This document shows, one piece after another, positions 1-12,800 of a DNA stretch of 51,839 nucleotides. Both the position numbers and the translations under genes were made by a program. Under the pieces are notes generated by a model. That model did no database searches, was not told the origin of the DNA, and saw only the letters and a list, made by a program, of their open reading frames with translations. Location: contig JALAGF010000255.1 of NCBI GenBank assembly GCA_030167865.1, forward strand, positions 1-51,839, given 5' to 3'. Each line of letters opens with the position of its first letter. Position 1 is the stretch's first letter. The stretch comes from Craspedostauros australis (taxonomy: Eukaryota).

Positions 1-2809
1 TAGCCAAGGCAGAATGCCAGAGTTTGTGCAGCAACCTGTAGAGGTCGAGCTATTGGTTGATTGTTGTTGCAGTGAGTGAGTGTGTGTGTGTGTGAGGTTG
101 TTTGATTGTTGTCCAAGTTGGGGTTTTATGATTAGATTTTATCGTATGATTGTTTCCTGCAATTTTTATTACGGTGCTATCGCGGCCCCCGTGTAAATTC
201 CCGCAGTAATCACTTCCGACTTTTGGTTTTCCTTTTTGTATCCTCTCCGTAGTATACCGTGTTGATCCGGTGTCGTCCCACGTGATTTTTCGTCTTGTTG
301 GTGTCGCAACGAGTCCAAACGTGTTGCACCAAAAGACGGACACTCTTCGAGTTTCTCCGATGTTCTTTTGAGTTTCCGAATTTCTCTCGTCATCGCACAC
401 AGAGAACATGACAGGATGTCCATTGCATTCCAACAATCATGTTCATTGGCGGCTCTCTCTGGCATGAGGTTGATGCCGGTGGAGCAACGGAGCAGACAGT
501 ACAGGTGGATGGAGAGGACTGCAACAGATGCGTGAGAGACTGAGAATAAGGGATCGGTCGGTTGCAACCGATATCCTCCCACTCCCATCGAATGCGTCTG
601 CAAGCCAAGCAGGCAACACCGATTGACATGGAAGCCCACTGCGTCGGAAGCAGCAAACATCATGCTGCGTCAGCGGCGAAAGCACAATCGGCGGCCACGG
701 ATCCGAGTATCAACTTGGACGAGGTTGCATTCATGAGCAGATCGACGATTATCCCATCCCATGCCATACATGCATCATCCACCGATGTCAACTGCGCTGG
801 CGTTGGTCGGAGGGTCGTTGCCACTATGCAGCACAAGACACCACGCAATCGCCAAGGCGCGCCCTCAAAGCAGAACCGGTACTGTGCCCACGCGATGCTC
901 ATCTGACTTCGCGTGGTTCATTCGAAGTACGCCTGCGCCATATCATTCTACTTCGTCCTCGATGGGTCAGCAATGTACTTGGTGGAAAGAAACAGGCGAC
1001 AACCCAATGCGTCCAGCATCCAGCACCCTCGTCGTCTTTTCATGTCTCCATCCAACCATCAGTGGTGCCGATGCGAGGATTTTTGGGCTTTGCACACAGG
1101 TCAAGAACGACGCGTCGTGTCCGCAAATGCTGCTGTATGCCCAGGCGGGACTGCAGCATCAAAAACAATGGAGACTCTCGTCGTGAACTGGACCGCCGGT
1201 GCTCTTTGTGAATTGAACATGCTCACACCCGTCGGCGCACATAACACAGAGCGAACGTGAAACAAATGATCGAACAAACACACAGAATGAAGCTCAGACG
1301 AAGGCGCACACGTCGAATGCAGCCATGAATCGATCGGTGCATTTACCACAAGGATATGGTATGTACTCGCATGAGCGAAGAATGAGCCGCAAGGCCACGA
1401 GCAAGTTCCATGAATCGACTCATCCAGAGGACATGGTTGACAAGCATGTTTTGGTTCGTTGCACCAACAAGGATTCTTGTGATGACTGTGGTTCTCTTTG
1501 TTCTCTTTGTTCTCTTCATTTTTTCCATCAGCGTCGTCATTCTCCACATCCCTTTGGCGGAGAGATCGCAACACGTTGCTTCTCCACACCCCGATCGCGT
1601 GGGTTCATCGCACAGGTACTCGCACGAGTATCTCCCACGATGGATAGAACGCACCAGCGACGGTCGCGGCGAGTGTACGTCCAAAGATCGACAGACGAAG
1701 GAGCAAGCACAATAGAGCGCGGCGAGGTGCGCACCATCCATTCCACACTTCTCGATCCCGCGTGATGTGCCAATTGCGAACCACGAAATGATCATCATGG
1801 TGGTTGCTTCGCAACTTCACGGGTACGAGTACAGCGATTCGGTGGACACCCACGGACATACGAGTAAATGGCACTGTTCAATCACATGGCCCACAAAAGC
1901 AGACAGGGGCATTCCGCTCCGCTGCCCGAGACTGCCACCATGGCGATTTTTCAATACACCATCGCTGACACTGGGCTCATCCCGTGAGTTGCTTTTGGAG
2001 CAGCCCAGGATAACGAGAGAGCATTCTTGCAATGGCTTTGGTTCTCCTTCCGCACTCATTCTTCATTCACCAAAGAGGGTGCGGGCGAGGCTGTGGTTGG
2101 TGGCAACGAACTAGCACCAATTACTGCTCGAAGCTGGATTTGTGAACTTTTGAAGTGCATCTCAGGCAGACCGACAGCATCGTGAAGCACAGAATTGAGG
2201 TCTCGCAGATGCCATACTATGCCATGCCATACACCAACAGCACGATAAACCTTTAATAATGTAGTGCTTCAGAGTCCATACTCCCATGCCAGCGAGAAAA
2301 TCCGTGCAGCAACATACGACCAACCAAGGAGAAATGTCGATTGAGCGCTAGTATGGACGTAGTATCCATAGATTTGGGTGAATGTCACGCTTTTCAACAT
2401 TTCAAAGCATAGTATAATAGGTTTGAACAGGAAACACAGCTGTCTTTCGCAGAGACCCTTGCACGCCGCCTTCGTTGGAGTTGATCCTACCCCTTCCATT
2501 TGGCAGTGACCGCAGCCCCTACATGAAGCTTTCAGCTCCTTCAAAAGTCTCATTCAAGCACTCGGTGGCAAACTCGCCAAGATCGTGGCGCATGTTCGAG
2601 CATCATATTCGTGCATAGATCCGGACTACAACGCAAGAGCTGTTCCGAGCCTTTGCACATCTCGTCAATGATATCGTGGTTCATTATAATACATATTATA
2701 TTAAAATAGAGTAATATTCTCCCGAGTAACTGCATGCTTTGTGACAAGCGCAAACGCACGAAATAGAAGCATCAGAGTCATGTCACGCCATCTCCATTTC
2801 ATCCAACGG

Positions 2810-4637
2810 TTAGATCGAAGCTTGCGATGGTGGGTCATCGTCGAACAGTGTTGTGGGCTCGAAATCTGTCTCTGGCGGAAGCTCGAATTCTCCGCCGTTG
2901 ATGTTGTTCGATGCTCGAGGGTCTGCGGCGACTGAGTCGAACAATTTGTCCAACCATGTATTCCCATACGTGTTGGTGATGCTGTTGGTTGTAGCAGTGA
3001 CAGCTGGAGCGGTGATGCCGTTGGTGATCCCGTTGGTGCTGCTGTTGTTGCTGCTGCTCTTTGGGCCGCCGAGGTTGTCCCAGTTCTGTGCATTTTGCTT
3101 GTGCTCGCCAACACTGTCACCAAGATGCCCCACGGAACTGAACAGCTTGTAATCGTCAGCAACCGGGATGGTCTTTGGCACTCGTAGACTATGCAGTGGC
3201 GGGTTGATTCCAAAATTTTGCCCTAGTAGAGAATCGGTGTCACCCGTGTCTTCGAGTTCAAACGGGATGTCGAAACCCACGTTGCTCCAAGAACCCCGAA
3301 GCTGCTTGTCGAAGGACCTCGATGGCTGACCTTGTTGGTCGACCATGGGGTGGCGCAATTGCGACTCGGTCGAGCTCGTTTGGGCGCCACAATGAAGATT
3401 TGTCATTCGCGAGTGATTCATCTGGATAGCGTTCGTCACGGCTGGGTTGCTCGGCACGATATCGCAAGAGGCAAAGGCTTCGTCGCCATGCTGTATCGTC
3501 TTTTGGTTACCATGCGGCCACTGCTGATGAACATCAATTGGCAGAGAAGTCCGCAGTGGTATGCCTGATGTAACTTGCTGCAACCCAGGAGCTACGGCAG
3601 CTTTCTTGGCAATGGGTGGCAAGTGGGCTGGTTTCGTACCTGCCGTCTTAGCTGCAGCGGACTCTTCATTCTTGACTTGCTGTCTCGATCCACCCCGTTC
3701 CTTCGTTTGGTGGTCGCAATACTCGCAAAACTTAGCATCCTTGTTTTTGCACTTCTTGATCTTAGTGCGGATCATGTTGTGGCTGAGCGCTGGCGCACCG
3801 CGAGCGAAGAAAGGGTGGAAGTCTGTGGAGGAGAGTGGGCGTAGACGGCGAGAAAGCGAGCAAAGAGCAGAATAAGAGATGTACAAGAACCGAAGCAGGT
3901 ATGTATGTATGTTAGCGAGAGATCTTGCGGGCGCTGCTGTCGCTTGCTATAGCGGCCAAGAGGTCTCTCAGATGAGTGCGATGCGCTTGGGGCATTGGTA
4001 GGTCCACGACGCGATACAGACGCTTCGTTTGGCAGAGAGCTTACATCGACGCCTCCGAGCCGTACTTACATGATCCGCGAACTGACTTGCCGCAGCAGGT
4101 GCGACAGGTGGTGAACCCCCAAAGATTGAGAGATCTCACGAAGCTCTTGTACTTGGATTGGTGGACGTACTTGGGCAGAATGAGCTTCAAGAAGAGATCG
4201 CGTTGATGGACCTTGAAGACGCGGCCACATGGCATCCAGGAGATGATGTTGGTGTTGTTGTCGTGCTCGGCATCCGAAAGCAGCTTGTGCAGGACCCAAG
4301 GAAACTGGAGTCGTCCGTCCTTGTAGGTCTTGGGAGCCTCAAGGTCGAACGTCTGGCCAACACTCCTGGAACTATGCATGCTCATGCTTTGGTTCTTCCT
4401 CTTTGCTCTTTGTGTGCCTGCAGATGGGAGATGGGCTCCTTGCCTTTGCTGCTGCTGAGGTTGCTGCTGAGGTTGCTGCTGAGGTTGCTGGTTTGTTGCG
4501 CAAATGCTTGTTAGATTTGTGTGGATATTGCCACGCTCGTCTGTTGTAGCATCTGCTGGTGTGGGCGAAGAAGAGCGTTTCCACTCTGGCATCAACTGTG
4601 CCCGCTGATGCTGCATGGTGTGGACGTACACGCGCAT
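2810..4637 (-). CDS. Heat shock factor (HSF-type DNA-binding domain) transcription factor; 2 exons (4637-4070, 3822-2810)
   Basis: HSF DBD motifs FPWVLHKLL..IISWMPCGRVFKVH..ILPKY..SKYKSFVRSLNLWGF. Donor T|GTAAGT at 4069 and acceptor CAG| at 3823 join in phase to give GSYFHPFFARG, the typical end of the HSF DBD. Q/P-rich N-terminus and low-complexity C-terminus. The start could be 4637 or 4616. Confidence 0.9.
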
Positions 4638-4754
4638 AGAGTATGGTAGGTATGGTGAGTGGCGTAGGTATGGGCACTATGCTTCTGTTGCGGCGTCTCG
4701 GTATGCAAGTACTGTTGCGAAAGTGGGGCTCAGATGACTGTGAAGACGAAGAAG

Positions 4755-4759
4755 GCTGC

Positions 4760-4790
<31 letters not shown>
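4755..4790. repeat. (GCT)9(GAT)3 microsatellite just upstream of the HSF start
   Basis: Directly visible. Confidence 0.9.
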
Positions 4791-4791
<1 letters not shown>

Positions 4792-7700
4792 TTGATTCTT
4801 GTGTCGGCGTTGTTATTTTATGATAGCGGTCAGTGACTTTGCCTGTGTACGAATGGTAACCGAAGTCGTCGCCGGAGACTTCAAGACAAAGTGCGTGCAG
4901 GGACTTCGATGGCTCGACGAGCGGTTTGGCCTGCCAGCGCTTCCCTTTCTCGTTGTACTAAACAGAGGGAGTGGTCGTGAAGCGGTACAACGAGGTTGGT
5001 GGATGAGAAACGTTATTTTGGTGTGTCTCTGCGGAGTCCTGGGAGAGATACAATTGAGAGGTGCGGCGAGAGGCAGGGAGGAGATTTTGAATGTCATTGA
5101 GCGCATTGGTGTATGCACGGTACCACACGGGTATGGCTTTTTGGAATGTGTAGATTGGTACGAGGAGTGCAGGAAGCGTGACCCTCAAGACAAAAGTCTA
5201 GCACGAGCACGTACCGCAAGTATGGCACATGTGGTAGCTCGTACGACTACTAGCATGCAGTTAACGGCGCACCGCTCGATACCGTGGTGGCCCCCAGCGT
5301 CTTGGTTTGTCGCTGTTCGGCGGGTTTGGCTTGCCTGTGCAATCTATTTGGTCGTGTTGTGTCAGCCACGGTCGAATTTGCAATGGTGCATTTGTCTTGT
5401 GTTGTGTGGTGCCTCTCCTTGGCGTTCCTGCTGGCTGGAGAGAGTAAATTCCACGTGTGTCTCTCTGTGCACTCACACAAGTTACGACTATAATGTGTCC
5501 GCGTACATGGTCGCCACACAGGCAAGATGTCCCCTCCCCACCAGCGCCAAGGGCCAAAGATTCCAGCCGGTCGCGAGAAATAAGACACGGAGCACACAGA
5601 GAGCGATGAACACAAGGCAAGAGAAGAGAAGAAAAAGAGGCGCGGCCCACATCCAAGCCATGCAACCAGAAAATGTCTCCGGAACAGCCCAACAAATCGA
5701 ACGCCAACAACAACGGCCGAACGCGAGAAGTATGCAGACCCAACCAGATAAGTAGTGACGTCGGCATATCACGTTGATGAAACATTGTCTTCTCCAACGA
5801 GTTCGCCTTTGTTCCGCAAAGAGACAGCGACAACAGAACCAAATAACCAAGGAGCCAAACCAATAATTATGGCCAAGTCCGCGCGTCTCGCATTCTGCAT
5901 ACGTTGACTACATGAGAAAAGTTAGGTTTGGGGGCACTATGATTGGTCATCGCGTCACCTCCGAAGTATCGCGCTGAGCCAGCGATTTCGCTGGCTGCGT
6001 TCCACTCTCCCAATCCGAACACAACAGTCTTAAAATTTCTCATCTCTTTTGGTCACGTAAGCGAAGTCGTCCCCAACGCCGCTTCACTGTGGAACCTTAT
6101 TGCGCGCAATGTACCTACGCACTCCAGCTCGTGCCCAAGATAGCTGAGAAATGTAACAATGGAGGAGAACAATCCACCAATAGAGTACGCGCAATCTACT
6201 CTACAATGCCCGACATGGTCAACTCCAGGCCACGTCGCTCCTGAACTATCTCTCCATGGAGACAGACAAGAATTGGATGAAGGGGTTGGGGCAACTCTGC
6301 GCCCAGACCATCCATACGCGATCTCCTCCGCCAATCATCTCAGCAGTCGGGATCCGAGTTGGGGTTGCGAATAGATGAAATTGTGACCGCTGCCTTTATG
6401 TCCTCGCCACGGCATGGGACTCTTGATCCACACTTGGATGGGATACTCTGGTAGATGTCTCTACCTGCTAGTTGATACATGTACAAACTGCATGGTACTC
6501 TGCTAAGATTTGCTCCTGTTGCTGAAGTCCTCATGCCTGCCCTCGCACTGTTCCCGCATCGCTCCATGGACATTGACGTTCAATTCCCATTCCATTTGAA
6601 GCGTCATGGGTACTATACACCCCGGTCTGTTCCGTTTCTTTTCATTCTTCATTCGTCTTCCTTGCTGTCATTGCGATGCAATATAGAATATTATACTATA
6701 CAGTAGAGTATGGAACTTCACCTTTGCTACCACATCTAATATGCAATAATACTACTACGACTCTATTCCACTCCACTGATGCTTGGTGCAACTCACTCAT
6801 CACCTTGGGCGCATAGTGGCATTTCCTCCTTGTCTCAACACTTGCAATCCATCTTAGACCTTTGCTGTTGTCGCTCATCCGAACATCACAGCAAATCTGG
6901 AACAATCGCGTTGCTGCTGCAGCTGTTACTTCTCTGCATGCAGTTGCTCTGGCGTAAAATAAGATTGAGGGAGTGCGAGTACAATCACGTCAGCTATGAG
7001 CTACTGTGTTCTACTCTGCTATGCCCGTTCTGCTTTGTTCTGCCACAGGTCCAACAGAGGAGTGTGTGCATGATGCGCCCCAAACCTATCGAAGGTAGCA
7101 AAAACGCACTACTGACTCGTCCTCAGGAGTGCCCCGCTCTTCTCTGCTCTGGTCTGCTATATCCAAGTTCGTGTTCTGAAAATGTTACCGCTACCTCGGT
7201 GTGTGCGTTCTTTGTGGGTGTTGCACAATTGTAGCGCGGGCCGACGTACATAGTGCTATGAGAGACAAAGGCAGACTGAGATGGTGATCGTCCTCGATTG
7301 AGGGGATGCGTGGTGGTCGCTGCAACTCAGCGACAAACGCAAAGATCACGCAAAACAATATGTCCGCTTCGCACACATATGGCATGACTATTGGTAAGAG
7401 TGCGAGTCGTAACTCATGCGCTGTGGATTCTTCAGTGCACGTCACCGTCGATGCAGAAAAGGTCCCCAACTCCGATAACACCAACGCAGAAATCCGACGC
7501 AATTTGATTCCACATGCTTCCATTGGGTTCCATCGTTCATTGATGCTCTCCTCATTGTTGGTACTTTTTTGTCAAACCATCGCATCACCACATCCGAGTT
7601 GTATTCTTTCGTTTGTCTTGTTTTTCTCACCATAGTTTTGCGCCAGATTTATCTTGACCGTCGCGGCGACACCACCAACCCCAGCCGCCTCTGACTTTTT

Positions 7701-9684
7701 CAGCCTTCGTCGTCGATGCGTGCTGAAGAGGTTCCGTTCTGTCGCCCTCCCACAATTGTCCCTGTTATGTTCGACGCCAATTCAGCGCCACTTCGCGACG
7801 TCGGCGGTCCGGTCCCGTGGCTGCTTCCGTCTCCATCCAGATTCGGATCGTGGGGCCTCTTGGTCCGAGCATGCGACGTGACCACTTCCGCGCTCTGGAT
7901 ACTCGCACACATTCCTGGCAGAGGCAGCGCGAATAGTTGCCTCTCGCTGCGATCCATTCCACCTCGCTTCAACCCGCGAACCCCTCCATCTGAGGACAAG
8001 TCGTATCACTTGTGCGGTCGTGGCGGTGGTTGCGAGATGTGGACGCGATACAGTACTCGCAGAGTATGTATTCCACGCTACACGTCCCCGTGAGATGCCT
8101 GCAGTACAAATCGTGCGCAGGTTAGAGTAGTTGTGCACCGCAAAAGGCAAAGACCAGAACAGCTCTTGGAACAGGCAAGAAGCGCATCACGCCACAGCAA
8201 TCTACCACAGCTCGTACGTTGTGTACTCGCATGAGGTCCCTCCCAACTCGGCATTGACCTCAATGCGGATACAAGGGTTCGAGGTGGACAGGTATCCTGC
8301 TGCTTTATCTTCTCTGCTATGGCTCAGCCCATGAACATTCCTACAACTGTGCGGCTCCCCGAAACTGCGGTGGCTCGCCCGCCTACTTCTCGTGTTATCG
8401 ATGCCATCTATTATATAATATTATACATACGACTCTGATGTCAATTGAGATAGTCACAGGCGACAGACTCTGCTCGTAGATGCAGTGCACAGTTTGTCTA
8501 CTCGTGCTTTCTCATGCTCCACCAACGTTGTTTCTTCAGAATGCGATTAATGCCACGATAGTCGGGTTGCTCTCCCTTCGCTTTGATCGCCGCATCCGGA
8601 CGACTGGAGTACCTTCGCGCAGAGGGCCATCCCCGCGCTGCAGCGTCACCTGATCCCAAGCGCGAGGCCCAACACGTGATCAAAATCGGAGAATACTGAC
8701 ATGCACAAACAGCCAAGGTTTGGTGGTACTTCAACAAACATCCATGGTATTTAAACAGACAGTCAATTCTCTTTCTTGCACAAACTGACGGGGCATTCTG
8801 TTAAGCCTGAGCAGACAATTCTGCACTGTTCGTTAATTGATGAAGGAGCCAAGAACAAGGAGTCGAGGCAGAAAAATGTCCGAGGAGAATGGGAGAAATA
8901 AGCCTGTTGGGGATGACGCATTTCGCCTCACAAGACCACGACATCGCATAACATCCATTCATGTTCTTTCACAAGACAAAGTGGCCTCTCTGTGTCGAGT
9001 TTGTGAGGTCATTCATCGCACCGCGCTCCGCTTGTGGCTTGTGCTACCGAGTTGAATTCGTGCGTCTCCGACCGCAGAGGCAATGGAGGAAGCATTTACC
9101 GCAAGTGGTGGAATCAACGCCGATCGTAGTTCATGCTCGTGCTCCGCTAGATACGACGTTGGATCCGTCCCTATGAGCTCTCCGGGAAACCGTACCAAAC
9201 AGTGCCTGTTAGGCCGGTGCCGATAGCCGCTGTTCGGCTTATCCTATCTCGAGTGCGCGATGACGGTACGGATACGTTCGATCTTCCATGCGCCCCCCGA
9301 CGACTTGTTGGTTGCTTCTCTGGAGGGACGGGAAGATCCCTTGCACAAGCGATAAAAAATGAACACCACGAGCGACTTCACAGCCGTCCCATTCAGTCCT
9401 CCCTCGCGGGTACAGTTGGATTTGTTTGCTTCTTGGATGTTGATTGCCTCTTCGAACCTACTACTATGGTGTAATGCTGTACCAGTCCTCGCACTTGTCC
9501 TTGTACAGGTTGCGGTGCTTTCCTTGGAATGAACACCCTTGCGTGTCCAAGTTGCGATGAGGATTCCGACATGATTGCCAGCGTCCTGCACCATCATACT
9601 CACACATGCAAAGGAGCCAACTATTCTCTCACACATACTCGTATGTAACATGTGCATGTAATTCGATACAAGAGGAGAGTGCCG

Positions 9685-9756
9685 CATCTACATTCACATC
9701 CACACTGACATCCACGTCCACACTGACATCCACATTCACATTGACCTTCACATCCA
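9685..9756. repeat. Degenerate hexamer tandem repeat (ACATCC/ACACTG/ACATTC) upstream of the ATPase gene
   Basis: cattcacatccacactgacatccacgtccacactgacatccacattcacattgaccttcacatcc. Confidence 0.7.
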
Positions 9757-9834
9757 TTTTCGCTTCCGTCATCACCATTTCCATTCGACGTTCTCAGCAA
9801 CCTTCGCTGAGCAATACCACTTTGATTTCTAACA

Positions 9835-12800
9835 ATGCCTTCCAGCGAATTGGGAAAGACTCTGACGAGCAGTTGGTATGGAAGCTTGATTCCCCTGAGT
9901 GATGCCAACATTAAGGTCGGCATCGACGTCACGGGGACGAACAAATCAAACATTAACGCATCGCTAACCGAAGAGTCGTCCATCTCCTACTCTTCCTTCG
10001 ATGATCACCAGCACGGATACTGTTTCAACTTTGAAAGAGCCGGGCTCATCGGACGGGACACCGAAAAGCGGGTGCTGTCGAATGCCATCGATCAATTGCT
10101 CAAGAGGCAATCAGCCGATGCCCAGGGTGATGGAGATGGCAGAAGGAGCAGCACCCGCCGACCTTCTCAGCGGCAGCACCAAAGCCAAGCATCGAGCACA
10201 GCTCTTGGCAGCCTCAAGACGCTGTGCCTCCTCTCCGGACTGTCGGGAACCGGCAAGTCCGCCCTCGCAATGCACTACCGACAGCACTGCTTGGACAAGT
10301 TCGGCTTCTCCGTGTCCGGAAAATTCGATCTGCAGCAAATGGAGGAACCTTACGCGGGCATCAAGAGTGCGATGGGACAGTTGATGGGACAGATCAGGGC
10401 CCTTCCATCCGACGAGGATACCGATGCGACGACGGATGATCCACGAAGCCTGTCGGCGTTCCAGCAAGCCATGATCCTAGGCTTGTCGCCAAGCGAACTG
10501 AGGACTCTGCACAAGATCATCCCTGGGCTGTCGCAGGTGATCACTGGGAATTATGCCACCCACAATGGCAAGGCGCAGGACGGTGGCAGCGTCAGTGATG
10601 GCGACAGCGCCCATTTCCCAGCGGACGAAGACAGCATGGGCGAAAGCGCGAGCGTGCAGTATTGGAACGCCCGTGGTCTCGTCAGGCAATCGTCATGCAC
10701 GAGCATGGCCAGCTCGGCGTCGGGCAGTGATGGGCGTACGCTGGCGATGGGAGCAGCGGGTGCGGTCACAGAAGGTTACCAGAACATTTCCGATCGGATC
10801 AAGCACGCATCCAAACGTTTTCTGCAGATCGTTTGCAAGCATGCCCCATTGGTGCTAGTCATGGACGACATCCAGTGGGCTGACAAGGCATCCCTCGATC
10901 TCATCCAAGCGTGGACCCTCGATAGCGAGGTTTCTTCGCTCATGATCATGGGCTGCTATAGATCGGATCATTTGGAGCACAACACCATGCTCCAGAACAT
11001 GATCACAACGTTGGAGGAGTCCAAACGCGAACGAGCCATCCGCATCATCAACATCTCGATGAACGATCTGCCGTTGGGAAGCATCCGCGAGATCCTCATC
11101 GAGATCATCTTGCCAGACAACGACGTTGATGTCAATGGCCTTGCAGACATCGTCTATCGCAAGACAGGCGGGAACGTGTTCTTCATGAAGCAGTTCCTCG
11201 AGTCGTTGGTAGATCAAAGGCTGCTATCGTTTGATGTGGACGGTGGCATGAAGTGGGTGTGGGACGAAGGCAAGATCATCGCCGAATCATCGGCCACTGC
11301 GAACATCATTGATCTCATGAATCAGAAACTGCACCGCGTGGACGCCGCTCGCCATGTGCTCCCGGTCGCAGCATGCCTCGGTTCCACCTTCTCAAAGCGG
11401 AAGCTGATTGTCGTGATGCGAGCATTGTCCATCCACTCCGATCACAGCGCTTTCTTCAGGGACCTGCTGATGTCGAGTGATGATTCCCTGTCATCGGACT
11501 CATCTCAAGACCCGTCGCTGGCCCCAAAACGGCAGCAGCCACAGCAAGGTCGGCGCCAATCTGACCCTGCCTCAAGCTCCAACATCCGCAAGAGCCTCGA
11601 TGTCTGCGAAAGAGAAGGTCTGATCGAACAGCACAACTACGAGTACAGCGATCAAGATTCTCGCCGACGACAACCACGAGGACGGCGAAAACAAAAGGAG
11701 CAGCAGCAGCAGCAGCAGCAAAGCTTCAGAAGCATGCAGACCAAGACGCAGCTCAAGCTGGCAGCCAGCGGAAATCGCGGCGATGCATGCACCTTCATTC
11801 ACGACAAGATCCAAGAAGCGGCATTGGCGCTGCTTCCTGAAGAAAAGCTCTCCGAGCTGCGATTCAGGGTTGGAGACGTTCTACTTGCTTCGAGCACCGC
11901 AGACTACATGCGAGAAGATGAAGTCTACGCGACAGTTGGTCTCATCAATTCAAGACTCGACCTTGTTCCCACCAGCACGCAACAATCGGCCCGTCGCACG
12001 AGAATCGCCATGCTCAATGCCAAGGCAGGCCAGCTGGCTGTCGAGTGTGCGGCGTTCTCCCCGGCATTGGGATACTTCAAGACGGCGATCAAGCTGCTGC
12101 CTCCCGACCACTGGAAGTCCCACTTCCATGAGAGCCTCAACATCTACTCATCAGCAGCCGAGTGTGCGCACATCATCAAGGATTCCGATGAAAGGAACAG
12201 ATACTGCTCCGCCATCCTGTCGTTGGATTGCCCCATCCTCGACAAGGTCAGGGCGTACCACATATCCACCGATGGGTTGTTGGCAGAGAAGCGGGCCGAG
12301 AGTACGGCGCAAGTCATCCCCATGATCCTCCAGTTGCTCGACCAGCTCGGTTGCAAACTTCCGAAGGGCACGTTTCGCAGGTCCATAAGATTTCTGCGCG
12401 GTCTCTTCAAGCTGAAGCGAGCGGCGTCGAAGTGGACCCTGCAAACGTTTCAAGACAAATCAACGCCGCCTGACGCGACGCAGGTTGCCATCACAGAGAC
12501 GTTGGAGAAGCTGGCGTTGGTAGCATTCCTGATCCGTCCAGAACTTTTCCCCTTCTTTGCGTTGGAAACCACTGAGCGGACTCTGAAGTACGGCATCATG
12601 CCAAATTCGTCGACGGCTTTGGCAGCCCTCGCTGCGATCGTGGGGTATTTTATGGGCGATTTTGAGGCTTCACGAAACATCAGCGAGATCGCGCTGCAAA
12701 TGACCGACCTTCCATCGAACCAGCACAGCAAATGCAGCGCGATGTTCACCATCAATGCTACCTGCCAGCATTGGATGAAGCCGCTCGGTAGCACAGTGGA

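Noticed and set aside
1410-1715. Small ORF with a TM-like VLFVLFVLF stretch
   Set aside because: The hydrophobicity derives largely from a 9-nt tandem repeat (gttctcttt); no other coding support.
4799-5755. 318-aa plus-strand ORF
   Set aside because: Non-ATG start, no recognisable motif, atypical composition; lies in the HSF upstream region.
5977-5996. 9-bp inverted repeat (agccagcga-tt-tcgctggct) as a terminator
   Set aside because: The loop is only 2 nt, there is no U-tract, the context is eukaryotic, and it is compatible with chance.
6053-6334. Fragment LFSSIVTFLSYL..CVGTLRAIR vaguely like a piggyBac transposase
   Set aside because: The catalytic DN motif is absent and no terminal inverted repeats or further transposase segments are seen.
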